From IMG/VR virus record IMGVR_UViG_3300035703_000025, positions 61,472-125,471 of that record: a DNA stretch of 64,000 bases; one strand, given 5' to 3'. Below are positions 1-9,373 of this stretch, in pieces (the stretch's first letter is position 1; each line of letters opens with the position of its first letter). This stretch comes from a virus. The position numbers and the translations under genes are program-made. The notes below the pieces were generated by a model that did no database searches, was not told where the DNA came from, and worked only from the letters and a program-made list of their open reading frames with translations.

Positions 1-2
1 TT

Positions 3-38
3 GGCGTTGCAGGCGCGTTCTCAGGACCACCAACCTAA
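3..38 (+). CDS. 3' end of an upstream gene (…GVAGAFSGPPT*), partial
   Basis: Open frame ending in TAA at 36-38, shortly before an intrinsic terminator. Confidence 0.4.
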   Translation, partial: GVAGAFSGPPT

Positions 39-62
39 TCTTAGTTTTAGTACTAAAGAAAG

Positions 63-87
63 ACCCGACCGAAAGGCCGGGTTTTTT
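63..87 (+). terminator. Rho-independent terminator
   Basis: ACCCGACC-GAAA-GGCCGGGT hairpin (one mismatch, GAAA loop) followed by a T run. Confidence 0.85.
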
Positions 88-94
88 CTATACT
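88..94 (+). promoter_or_regulatory. CTATACT -10-like promoter element
   Basis: TATACT 6 nt before the GTG start at 101; same motif class lies upstream of several replication genes. Confidence 0.5.
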
Positions 95-100
95 ATACTA

Positions 101-1138
101 GTGATATCCGACTCCTTGGTTTACTCAATAATATCCGGTGAATTTTGTATTCATTGCGGTGACAAACAATACGTATTTAGACAGCCAGGAATAATTACTT
201 CTTCAAGGATTTATAACTCATCCAATATAAATGAAAACCGCTTCAAGAAAGACGGTTTTTTATCTAGTGAAGAAGAAAAAGAGCTGCTATACAAGCACGG
301 CCTTTGGAGTGATGATTTAGAAAAAGAGTTTGAAAACACAAAAACAATAATAAGAGAAATAACTAAATCACTACCAGAATTTGAGTACAAGACGATAGAA
401 AAAAACATGCTTGTCTCTAGAAAAAAAATGGCAGAGACAAAGCTTAAAGAGCTTCTTGAATTAAAGATGTCTTTCTTTACGCAGACAATAGATTATCAAC
501 TGAAAAAATATCAAGCCTCTTCTATTTTGCCGTATTCAATATACTTTAATGGTGCGCTTTTGTGGAAAGACCAAAAAGAATTTGATGAAGAAATGAGTGC
601 AGATTTAATTAATTGCCTTACTGGCGAAATCCTTAAAGACTTCTACTCAGAGAAAGAAATACGAAAAATTGCTAGATCCGAGCCGTGGAGATCAATATGG
701 AAAACATATAGTAATTCTGGCGGCGATTTATTTGGTAGACCCCTTGCAGACATGGCTAAGTCGCAAAGGGATTTGACTTATTGGTCAAACATATACGATA
801 ATGTATTTGAGAGTCACGAAAGACCAGATTGGTCAGTAATAGACGACGATGAGGCGCTAGACAAGTGGTTTGAAGAACAGTACAACAAAACAAACAAAAA
901 GAAAACGGCATTTACAACAAACCCAAAAATAGCAGCAGCAAAAGAAGTATTTATAGTTGCACAAACGCCCCAGGACGCACAAAAAGTGTATTCATCAATG
1001 AATACCCCTCTTGGTCTCGCTAGTATACAAAGCAGAAACAGGAAATTAGAGACGAAGGGGGCAATAAAGGAACATGAGCTGCCCGATGTGCAGGTTGATA
1101 TTCAAATTCAACAGAACAACTTGAAGGTTAAAAAATGA
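101..1138 (+). CDS. Putative tail assembly chaperone-like protein (paralog of 1490-2155 with a C-terminal extension)
   Basis: 345-aa ORF upstream of the tape measure gene; shares motifs with 1490-2155. Confidence 0.5.
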   Translation: MISDSLVYSIISGEFCIHCGDKQYVFRQPGIITSSRIYNSSNINENRFKKDGFLSSEEEKELLYKHGLWSDDLEKEFENTKTIIREITKSLPEFEYKTIEKNMLVSRKKMAETKLKELLELKMSFFTQTIDYQLKKYQASSILPYSIYFNGALLWKDQKEFDEEMSADLINCLTGEILKDFYSEKEIRKIARSEPWRSIWKTYSNSGGDLFGRPLADMAKSQRDLTYWSNIYDNVFESHERPDWSVIDDDEALDKWFEEQYNKTNKKKTAFTTNPKIAAAKEVFIVAQTPQDAQKVYSSMNTPLGLASIQSRNRKLETKGAIKEHELPDVQVDIQIQQNNLKVKK

Positions 1139-1512
1139 ATTACAAAGAGGCTCGTGAACGGCTTCGCTTAATACAACAGCAAAAACTCCAAGAGGTAAAC
1201 GAGCAAAAGTGTTCAGAAATACTGCAAAAAATCGCTTGCTCAAGAATGGAAACCGTTTTTGTTGGCGCTGTTTCAAAAATAGAGCATTTCTTTGGTTCTC
1301 TTTGGGGTGAGCTAGAAGGCGTAGACGAATCTAAGATGACATCAGATCAGAAAAAGTGGTTTAATAAATTTCTTGATCTACGAGAGGCAATATTTGACCA
1401 AGGCAACACTGAAAAAAACAGAATAACAAAAGACATTAATAACTTTAAAATTTCTCTAAAAGAAACTAAAATACAACTAGGACAACAAAATGGAAGAAGT
1501 AAGAAAATTTGA
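1135..1512 (+). CDS. Hypothetical helical protein
   Basis: 125-aa ORF, ATGA overlap with the previous gene. Confidence 0.7.
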   Translation: MNYKEARERLRLIQQQKLQEVNEQKCSEILQKIACSRMETVFVGAVSKIEHFFGSLWGELEGVDESKMTSDQKKWFNKFLDLREAIFDQGNTEKNRITKDINNFKISLKETKIQLGQQNGRSKKI

Positions 1513-2155
1513 ATTTGAAGGCGCGCATTACAGAATAATTAAGCCCACCAACAAAATAAGAAGAGAAAGCGATGCGATATACGCGAGAGCTTATCGTGAA
1601 GCAATCGCAAACGGTCTTTTTTTAGAGGCAGAAGTTGAAAAAATACTTAAAGAGCGTGGGCTTGACAGATATTCTCGTGAAGGCGAGAGAAAAGAATCCC
1701 AAGCGAAAATAGATAGACTTCTGGATAAGCTTGAAAAAACTGAAAAGAAATCCGATGGAATGAAGATCGTAGAAGAAATACGATCAGAGCGTAAGGCTAT
1801 GGACGAAGTTGACAGCGCAAGATATGAGTTAAACTCACAATCCGCGACACTGTTCGCTGAAAACAGAAGATTTAACTACTATGCTTTTGCCTGCTGCTCT
1901 AGAGAAGACGGCACAAAAATATGGTCATCCTTCAAGGAGTTTGAGGACGATGATTCGCCGCTCGCAAACAGAGCCGCCTCTGAAATAATGTCCTTTATCT
2001 ATGAGGGTACACAAGAAATCCTGAGACAGATTGAAAAGCTTAGACCTGAAAATGAATGGCTAGAAAAACACGGTGAAGAAACACAAAATCCACCAGTTGT
2101 AGATAAGGCCACTAGCGAAGAAAAACCAAAGAAGAAAAAGACCTCAGTAAAATAA
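1490..2155 (+). CDS. Putative tail assembly chaperone
   Basis: 221-aa charged helical ORF immediately upstream of the tape measure gene; AGGA RBS. Confidence 0.55.
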   Translation: MEEVRKFEFEGAHYRIIKPTNKIRRESDAIYARAYREAIANGLFLEAEVEKILKERGLDRYSREGERKESQAKIDRLLDKLEKTEKKSDGMKIVEEIRSERKAMDEVDSARYELNSQSATLFAENRRFNYYAFACCSREDGTKIWSSFKEFEDDDSPLANRAASEIMSFIYEGTQEILRQIEKLRPENEWLEKHGEETQNPPVVDKATSEEKPKKKKTSVK

Positions 2156-2165
2156 GGCGACTCTA

Positions 2166-2173
2166 GTGTATTT
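2166..2173 (+). promoter_or_regulatory. GTGTATWW late-promoter-like motif
   Basis: GTGTATTT, then GAGG RBS, then the tape measure start. Confidence 0.6.
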
Positions 2174-2190
2174 AATCTAGAGGACGCAAA

Positions 2191-5100
2191 GTGGCAGAGG
2201 ACTTCTTTTTAAGGTTTGGCGCGCTTGTCAACACAATTAATGTAAATAAGTCTGCTGTTTCGCAAGCGGCAAAGGCTATACAGAGCGCCCTTAATCAAAG
2301 GGCTGCTGTTGATGTTGCTGTAAATTTTAGCCCAGGAGACGCAACCGAGCTTTTTGGCCAGATATCAAAAGTAGCAGACCAGGCAAGAAAGATCATAAAT
2401 GATCCGAAACTGAAAGTTGGCGCAGCTGGTTCAAGGGACGTAGAGGGTCTTTTCAAATCAGTTAACGCCCTTAAGGGCGCTTCTGCTGGCGCAAGAGAAG
2501 CGATAAGATTAATTCAGCTAAACCCAAAGACCTTCAAGGATTCTCAGGATCTTGTTACTCTTTTTCAGTTTTTAAGCGAAGAAATAAAAGTATTGCAGCG
2601 CGATGCAAAGCGGGCAATAAAGCTTGAGTTTGACACAGAAGCAATAGACAAGGCCTTGGAAAAAACAGAAACCCTAAAAACAAGACTAGCAACTAGACAA
2701 CAGGTTCTTGGTTCTTCAATAGGGCAATTTATTAGAGCGCGCTCTGCTCAGGAAGAGCAGCGCGCACAGCTAGACCCTTCTTATGTCGCAAAAACAAGAC
2801 AGGACATAAGATCTGAAGCTTTAAGCCTATTTGATCCAGGCTCAGTAAACACGCTGCGTGAAGCAAATGATCTGATAAATAAAGTTCGTGGTGAAACGCA
2901 AAAAATATCTGCAGAAAACTTTAACACATCAAAGGCTGTTAAAGACGCAAACGCTGCTTACAAGATAAGAGAGGCGAACGCAAACAAGATTTATAGCGTA
3001 GAGCAGGCCATCAAGAAAACAGTAGATGAGCAGGTCAAAGCAGAAGCGGCTAAGGCTGCAACAGCGGCAAAATCAGGAACATTTTACAAAGCAAGATCTG
3101 CCTCAGAAATAGAGAGAGACATAAGGTCTAGACCAGAAGTCGCAGCATTGCTGTCTGGTGGCGGTAAAATAGCGCCGCTAGACAGAAGGCGGGTTGAAGA
3201 CACAATAAAAGCAGAAGGTGTTGCTGCTAAAAAGGAAGCCAAAGACCTTACAGATAAATTAACAGCAAAAGAAAAAGAACGAAGCAAGGCGATACTTGAC
3301 CAGTTAAGATTTCGTGAATCCCTAAGAGGATTGATCGAAAAAGAAATTGCGCTTGAGCAAAAGCTTGTTGAGCTTGACAAGTTAAAGGGCAGAAGTAGGG
3401 CTTCGAGATCAAGAGCTGATATAGCTGCAAGCGTTGAAGGGCGATTTGGAATTATTGCGCCTGGGGCTGCTCCAGCCACCCAGGCAGACATAATAACGGC
3501 AAACGCGGAAAGAGCAACATTTGCAAGAAGTCAAGCCGAGCGCGAAAAGCTTGTCAGTAAAGAAATTTCACAAAGACAGGCAGTTCTTGAAGAAGAGGCT
3601 AAAAAGAGACAAAAAATAAGAGATCGTGTTCGTGAAACTTACGACGCTCTTGTAAAACTAAACAACGAGGTTGCTAGAAAAGCTGGTCCTGGATACACAA
3701 AATTAAGCAATGCTGAGCTTGCAAAACAAGCGCTTGAGGTAAACAAGCTTACTGGTGTCAATATTTCAAGCCTAACTGGGGCTTCACTTGAGGGTGCGCT
3801 TGGAAGAACCACAAAAGCGTCAAAAGACGCAAAAAACGCGCTTCGTGAATTTAATCAAGCGCTTAGAGATGTTGAGGGTGGAAGACAAAGCGTTCTTCAA
3901 TTCACGGCTAGATTTGGAAACAGCTTTGAGAGACTCGGGGCACAAGTAACAATTGCTACTCAAAGAATTGCAGCCTATGTAATAGGCGCGTCTGGAATAT
4001 ATGGTACAGTTTCTTTCATAAGAAACTCCACTAGTGAATTCTTTAAACTTGAGCAGCAGCTTACTAAAGTACGGCAGGTGCTTGGTGACACGACAGAAAA
4101 TAACGGAAAGATAAAAGAGCTTTCAGGCTTCATAAAGAACCTAGGCACATCTCTTGGAATAGCCCCTAGTGAAATCGCTAGTGGTGTCGCATTGCTTGCT
4201 CAGGCTGGCTTCACAAACGTATCAGAGCTTAAAGGAGCCATAGAAGCAATATCCCAGGCTAGACTTGGCCCATCGTTTGGTTCCCAAGAGCAAACAGTTG
4301 ACGGTCTTATTGCCGTTTATAGGCAATTTAACTTAACGCTTTCGGATACTAAAAACATATTAGATCTTGTAAACCAGTTCTCTAAAGACTATGCAGTAGA
4401 GTCACAAGATCTTTTTGAAATAGTTAAGCGTGGCGGTTCTGCATTTGCTGAGCTTGGCGGAAACTTCCAAGAGTTTCTCGGCATATCCTCTGCGCTTAGG
4501 CAGCAGACTAGAGAATCCGCCTCTGTTATCGGTACATCGCTAAAGACAATAACAACGTCTTTATTCAAGCCAAAGTTTGAAAAATTTATAGGCGGTATCG
4601 ACCCAAAAATACTTCAAGAGCTTAACCCGTCTAGAAGACTTCAGGCAGTGGCAAATCTTTTCCAGACTAGATTTGGAACAGAGTCTGAAAAAGTCTCTGC
4701 TATATCGCAATTTGTAGACGTAAGAAACGCATCAAGGGTGCTTGCTCTTTTTGAGGCTCTAAACTCACAGGCTGAAAACTTAAGACAAACAACAGAGAAA
4801 GCCGCTGGATCAGTTCTTCGTGATGCTCAGACGCAGCTAGAAACTGTTGGAAAGTCGATAGAGAGAGCTAGAATTTCTCTGCAAGAAGCTGCAGTTGGTC
4901 TTGTTGATAACCCGTTTATAAGAGAAGTATTTAAGTCTGGCGCAAATCTAGTTAGCGGAGCAATAGCGCCAACTCTTGGCGCAATAGCGCCTGTTGCTGC
5001 GCCTGCAGGTTTTGCAGTAGCAATTTATGCTCTAGTAAACATCATAAAGTCTTCTATTGTTACGTACCGAGCACTAATCACAAGCAGCCAAAGACTTACA

Positions 5101-7902
5101 ACTGGACTCGATTCGGTTAATAGAACAATTTCCATTCTTAACAACAACATTACAGCGCTTAGCGGAAGAGGCACTTCGATACCAGGAGGACCACCAGGTG
5201 GTGGTGGTGGCGCAGGAGGTGGTAGAGGTGGTGGGTTTTTAAAGAATGCTATATTTTCTCCGCTTGGACAGGGAACTGGTCTTTTCTTAGCCTCTGGCCT
5301 AACTTCAATATTGTCTGATTTTGTTTCTAGGCTTGGTACAAATCAAAGAGAAAGAAATATCGCAGGAGAGGCTTCGTCTGCAATAAATATTTTAGGTGGC
5401 GGACTTGGAGGGGCTGGATTTGCAAGACTTTTAGGGTTTGGTCTTCGTGGCACAGCAGCTGGTGTTATTGCTGGCGCTGGGCTAGAGACTTTTAAAGTAA
5501 TAAATCAAAGAAGAGAAGATCAAAGAATAGCAGAACAGCAAAGACAGCAAGAACAGCTTTCTGCTAGGCAGAACATAACTGCAGAATTTGTATCAAGCGG
5601 AAGAATAGCACAAGGCGGCGTCCCGACACTTGGACCAAACATAGAAAGATTCTTCCTTGATAAAAACGCCTTGCCTCAAAGAATAGACGCTCTTGTTTCT
5701 TTAATTATTAAAAGAGAGGGCAATGTAAAAGGATCGCTAGAAAATCTTGTCAGAAGGTCTGACCCAAATCTGACTTCAGAACAAATAGCTGATGCGGTAA
5801 AGGATCTCACAAGCCCAGAAGGAGGCGGAACGCAAGCGCTTGAGATTCTGAGGCAGTCACTTAAGAGCGCGTTCGTAAGAGCGCAAAATCTTGGTCTTAC
5901 TGGTGCTAAAGCTGATGCATTTGTTAAAAAAGAACTGCAAACCCTTCTGTCAAGACCCTCAGCAGGCGTTGTGGTGCAAGGAAAAGAAATTGAAAAGGTA
6001 TTCAATTCCCTTGTCAAGCAATTCGGTAAAGTTGGAAGAGCATCACTGAGCCTTGATGAGGTTTTAAATGATTACGCTCAAAGTCTTGAACTTTCATCCG
6101 CAAGAATATTTGCGTCGCTTGGAAGAGTCAGCCAAAGCTCGCAGCTAAGACAAAATGTCAGAAATAGAAACGTTTTAGGTGCTGACGCCCTTTCATCTAT
6201 ATTTGGAACAGGAGCGTTCACTCCAAGGACAACAGAGCTTTCGCAGTTTACATCAGAGGCCCAGCTCTTTTCTCGTTTTGGAGCAACGCCATTAATAACG
6301 CCAGATCTTCAGCAGAGAATAAACCAAATAAACACACTTGCCGAACAGTTTAGGTCTGGTTCTTTTTCTGGCGCCCCACCCCTATTCATAGCAAGACAGG
6401 CGGCACAAGCTGCTGCTGGAGAGGACGACAACGAGAGAGACTTGAGAGGCAGAGAGTCAGAAATTCAAAAAAGATTTGAACAGCTAGCTAAATCTGGAGA
6501 GGTAAATGTAGGAGAGGCACTTCTAGGGATCGATAAGCTAAGAGAGGCCAGAATAGCCTCAATTAATGAACTTATTAAAGAGCAAAACGAGTATTTAAAA
6601 GACGCTGTAGCTCTATCTGATTTAGCGACACAGAAGCGATTCCAGCAACTTGACGTTCAAAAACAAATAGTAAGCATACAAGACTCTCTTAGAAGACAGC
6701 TTTTAGAAATAGATCGCGCTAGTGGAAATATAAGTGAGGCGCAATTTAGGAGTGGTGTTGGTGCAATAAAGCCACAGCTTCCAGGTGTCGCAACTGGGCT
6801 ATTGACTGGCGGCGGTGGTGGATTTTCTGGTCTTGGTCGGGCGTTGGCAGATGTTCAAACAAACCTTGCTAGATTTTCTCAAAATATATCTAGGGGTCTT
6901 TATGCGCCAGGAGCTATATCCAGCGCAGCGTCCTCACCAGCAGCATTCGGCTCTTTTATAAATAACATAATACAGTCAAGACAGCTAGCTGTTGGCCAGG
7001 TAAATGTAGCAGAAACAGACCCAAATAAACTCATAGCAGATGTCACTAGAGCCTTCAACGAAACAAAGTCTCTTATACCAAGACTTTTTGATGAGTTTGG
7101 AAATTACCTAGACGCATCAAGACAGGGCGTTCTTGAGCAGATTCAAATTATACAAGGCCAGCTACAAGCAAGCCTAGGTTTTACTAAAGACATTGTAAGC
7201 AAGGCATTTGGCGGGACGCCAGACGAGCAAGCCTTGGCACGTCAAGAAATAGAGAAAAACAGAGATAATCTGCGAAGACTTGCTTCTGAGCTTCAGGCGG
7301 CTGGTTTCAAGCCAGAGGATCTAACCCCTGAAAAAATAGTAAATAGCCCAGCCCTGCAAGCCATAGCAGAAGATTTTGCAAGAAGAATAGGCGCAACTGG
7401 AGATTTCCTTGGTGCTACTGGCCTTGCACAAAGCGCTGGTGGCGCAACACTTCAAGGATTTGGATTTACTGGTACGCAACTAAGCGATCTAATAAATCTA
7501 GGACAGGCAATTGTTCCGAGCTTGACTGGTTTTAACACTGGACTATCAAATAGTTTTAGTGAAATAAATAAGCTTAAAACTGAGCTTGAGGCAATTGCTA
7601 ACACGCAAATACAGCTTCAAAAAGAGTCAAAGGATATAATAGACGCACAAAACTCTTTAGCAACAAAAACGGCAGAAAATTTAGCAAAGGCACTTGAGGG
7701 CTTCCCAGAAACAATTACATTCAAAATAGAGGGACTCCAAGACATAAATCTGAAATTCAATCTTACTTCAGCAGAGGAAGACATACAAAATATTAAAAAC
7801 GAAGTTGCTACGCAAGTGAGTGAATATATTAAAAACGCATTGAACACAGCTGGCTTTAGCATATCTTCATTTACCTTTCCAGTAGGACGACCAACACCAT
7901 AA
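2191..7902 (+). CDS. Tail tape measure protein
   Basis: 1903 aa, Ala/Gln/Leu-rich helical; TP901-type core (FFKLEQQLTKVRQV…SEIASGVALLAQAGF…LVNQFSKDYAV); Gly-rich hydrophobic segments; position in tail module. Confidence 0.9.
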   Translation: MAEDFFLRFGALVNTINVNKSAVSQAAKAIQSALNQRAAVDVAVNFSPGDATELFGQISKVADQARKIINDPKLKVGAAGSRDVEGLFKSVNALKGASAGAREAIRLIQLNPKTFKDSQDLVTLFQFLSEEIKVLQRDAKRAIKLEFDTEAIDKALEKTETLKTRLATRQQVLGSSIGQFIRARSAQEEQRAQLDPSYVAKTRQDIRSEALSLFDPGSVNTLREANDLINKVRGETQKISAENFNTSKAVKDANAAYKIREANANKIYSVEQAIKKTVDEQVKAEAAKAATAAKSGTFYKARSASEIERDIRSRPEVAALLSGGGKIAPLDRRRVEDTIKAEGVAAKKEAKDLTDKLTAKEKERSKAILDQLRFRESLRGLIEKEIALEQKLVELDKLKGRSRASRSRADIAASVEGRFGIIAPGAAPATQADIITANAERATFARSQAEREKLVSKEISQRQAVLEEEAKKRQKIRDRVRETYDALVKLNNEVARKAGPGYTKLSNAELAKQALEVNKLTGVNISSLTGASLEGALGRTTKASKDAKNALREFNQALRDVEGGRQSVLQFTARFGNSFERLGAQVTIATQRIAAYVIGASGIYGTVSFIRNSTSEFFKLEQQLTKVRQVLGDTTENNGKIKELSGFIKNLGTSLGIAPSEIASGVALLAQAGFTNVSELKGAIEAISQARLGPSFGSQEQTVDGLIAVYRQFNLTLSDTKNILDLVNQFSKDYAVESQDLFEIVKRGGSAFAELGGNFQEFLGISSALRQQTRESASVIGTSLKTITTSLFKPKFEKFIGGIDPKILQELNPSRRLQAVANLFQTRFGTESEKVSAISQFVDVRNASRVLALFEALNSQAENLRQTTEKAAGSVLRDAQTQLETVGKSIERARISLQEAAVGLVDNPFIREVFKSGANLVSGAIAPTLGAIAPVAAPAGFAVAIYALVNIIKSSIVTYRALITSSQRLTTGLDSVNRTISILNNNITALSGRGTSIPGGPPGGGGGAGGGRGGGFLKNAIFSPLGQGTGLFLASGLTSILSDFVSRLGTNQRERNIAGEASSAINILGGGLGGAGFARLLGFGLRGTAAGVIAGAGLETFKVINQRREDQRIAEQQRQQEQLSARQNITAEFVSSGRIAQGGVPTLGPNIERFFLDKNALPQRIDALVSLIIKREGNVKGSLENLVRRSDPNLTSEQIADAVKDLTSPEGGGTQALEILRQSLKSAFVRAQNLGLTGAKADAFVKKELQTLLSRPSAGVVVQGKEIEKVFNSLVKQFGKVGRASLSLDEVLNDYAQSLELSSARIFASLGRVSQSSQLRQNVRNRNVLGADALSSIFGTGAFTPRTTELSQFTSEAQLFSRFGATPLITPDLQQRINQINTLAEQFRSGSFSGAPPLFIARQAAQAAAGEDDNERDLRGRESEIQKRFEQLAKSGEVNVGEALLGIDKLREARIASINELIKEQNEYLKDAVALSDLATQKRFQQLDVQKQIVSIQDSLRRQLLEIDRASGNISEAQFRSGVGAIKPQLPGVATGLLTGGGGGFSGLGRALADVQTNLARFSQNISRGLYAPGAISSAASSPAAFGSFINNIIQSRQLAVGQVNVAETDPNKLIADVTRAFNETKSLIPRLFDEFGNYLDASRQGVLEQIQIIQGQLQASLGFTKDIVSKAFGGTPDEQALARQEIEKNRDNLRRLASELQAAGFKPEDLTPEKIVNSPALQAIAEDFARRIGATGDFLGATGLAQSAGGATLQGFGFTGTQLSDLINLGQAIVPSLTGFNTGLSNSFSEINKLKTELEAIANTQIQLQKESKDIIDAQNSLATKTAENLAKALEGFPETITFKIEGLQDINLKFNLTSAEEDIQNIKNEVATQVSEYIKNALNTAGFSISSFTFPVGRPTP

Positions 7903-7903
7903 A

Positions 7904-8506
7904 ATGCCATCCCAGTACCAAATAATTAGCAATATTTTGACTTATGGCGCCTACGGCGTCTCAAGTGGTACTGCAACAATATTTGCTACTGGCGCTCCAG
8001 GGCTAACCATAGGCGCTATGCCTATGTACATAGGCACAGTAGAAACTCCAGCTACTAGAACTGTTCCACTTATTTTATCCGCAATGGATCAGTGCGGACA
8101 GTGGGATGTAGGCCTAAAACAAAGATGGCAAACTTATACTAGCAGCGCTCTTGAACAATGGCAAGTAATACCGTCAAGCTGTGTTCAGGGGGCCTACATA
8201 ACAAAGTACACATCTATTTTTATGTCTGGCGCTAGCACTGGAAATTATAATGCGCAAATGCCGCTTTTCCTGTACGCAAGCGGTGATGGTATAATTAATG
8301 GATCAACAACCGCATTTTTGTATGCACAAGCCTTTGAAAGCTCAACAGGCACAATATTTATTAAGGGCTTTGGTTCATCGACAGGAACTACAACAATAGC
8401 AATATCTGGTGCTTATGCATCTTCTACTGGTACGACAACGGCATTTATAGGGGCTTTTGATGTTTCAAGTCTTGAGGTCGAACTTTATATTTCTGGTATA
8501 GAATGA
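7904..8506 (+). CDS. Virion structural protein with SSTGT repeats
   Basis: 200 aa, S/T/G-rich, downstream of the tape measure gene. Confidence 0.6.
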   Translation: MPSQYQIISNILTYGAYGVSSGTATIFATGAPGLTIGAMPMYIGTVETPATRTVPLILSAMDQCGQWDVGLKQRWQTYTSSALEQWQVIPSSCVQGAYITKYTSIFMSGASTGNYNAQMPLFLYASGDGIINGSTTAFLYAQAFESSTGTIFIKGFGSSTGTTTIAISGAYASSTGTTTAFIGAFDVSSLEVELYISGIE

Positions 8507-8507
8507 G

Positions 8508-8515
8508 GTGTATAA
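8508..8515 (+). promoter_or_regulatory. GTGTATWW late-promoter-like motif
   Basis: GTGTATAA, first G 14 nt before ATG 8522. Confidence 0.65.
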
Positions 8516-8521
8516 AACAAT

Positions 8522-9361
8522 ATGGGAACTTCATTTTTAGGACAAACGCCAAGCCAGACATACAAAGATATTTTACAGATATCTAACTCAAATAACGGTA
8601 TGCCAACAACGCTACGTGCTGTTGCTGCTGGAAACGGAACCGATTCTGCTCTTAAAATATGCACAACTGGAGTTGACATAAACGGAGTCCTGTTAATAAG
8701 CGGCACAAGAATTACAGCCACCGCTTCAGAAATTAATAAAATCGACAGGGCTGGCTCTGATGGCGATGTTGAATCAAATAAAGTAATAGTTGCTGGATCT
8801 AATAGAGACATAACTTTTAATGGCGGCGTTATTAGCATGGCTGGTTCTGGATTGTTACAAAACGGAACAATCAGAAACATGGCTATTGAAAGCTTTTCAT
8901 TTGGCGGCTATCAAGTAAGCGCAACTGGATCAACATCAACTGGCGTTTTTGTTATTTACCCAGCTAGCGGAACTACACAAAAAGTAACACTAAATCAGCC
9001 GCTAACACAGGTCTCAATATCTAAATCACCATTTCAAGACCAAGATGCTAGCGGAACCACAGGCCTTCCAGCGACTTACATGAGAGATTATCGTGTGACT
9101 TTTTTTGCAGTTCAAGACGCTGCTGGTAATAGGGAGGTTGATTTCGACAACTCAATTATTTGGCCACGCGAACAATGGGCTAGCGGATACTCAAAGCCAA
9201 GACTAAACTCTCCAGTCACAGCGACTGGCACACAAATAGACGGTTTTGAATTTTACAGTTTTGATTATGGTGTAACTTGGTACGGAAACAGGATAGCCTC
9301 CTCAATTGCTTCTTCAAGCGCTGGCCCGCTTGATTCTATAATTGATGGCGGCACTTATTGA
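8522..9361 (+). CDS. Tail fibre/structural protein
   Basis: ITATASEINKID fibre motif, QDAAGNREV…FDN..IIWP beta domain, C-terminal IDGGTY. Confidence 0.65.
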   Translation: MGTSFLGQTPSQTYKDILQISNSNNGMPTTLRAVAAGNGTDSALKICTTGVDINGVLLISGTRITATASEINKIDRAGSDGDVESNKVIVAGSNRDITFNGGVISMAGSGLLQNGTIRNMAIESFSFGGYQVSATGSTSTGVFVIYPASGTTQKVTLNQPLTQVSISKSPFQDQDASGTTGLPATYMRDYRVTFFAVQDAAGNREVDFDNSIIWPREQWASGYSKPRLNSPVTATGTQIDGFEFYSFDYGVTWYGNRIASSIASSSAGPLDSIIDGGTY

Positions 9362-9373
9362 TTTGAGGAAAAT

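Noticed and set aside
5180-5235. GGT/GGA-rich tandem repeat
   Set aside because: Encodes a poly-Gly linker within the tape measure protein
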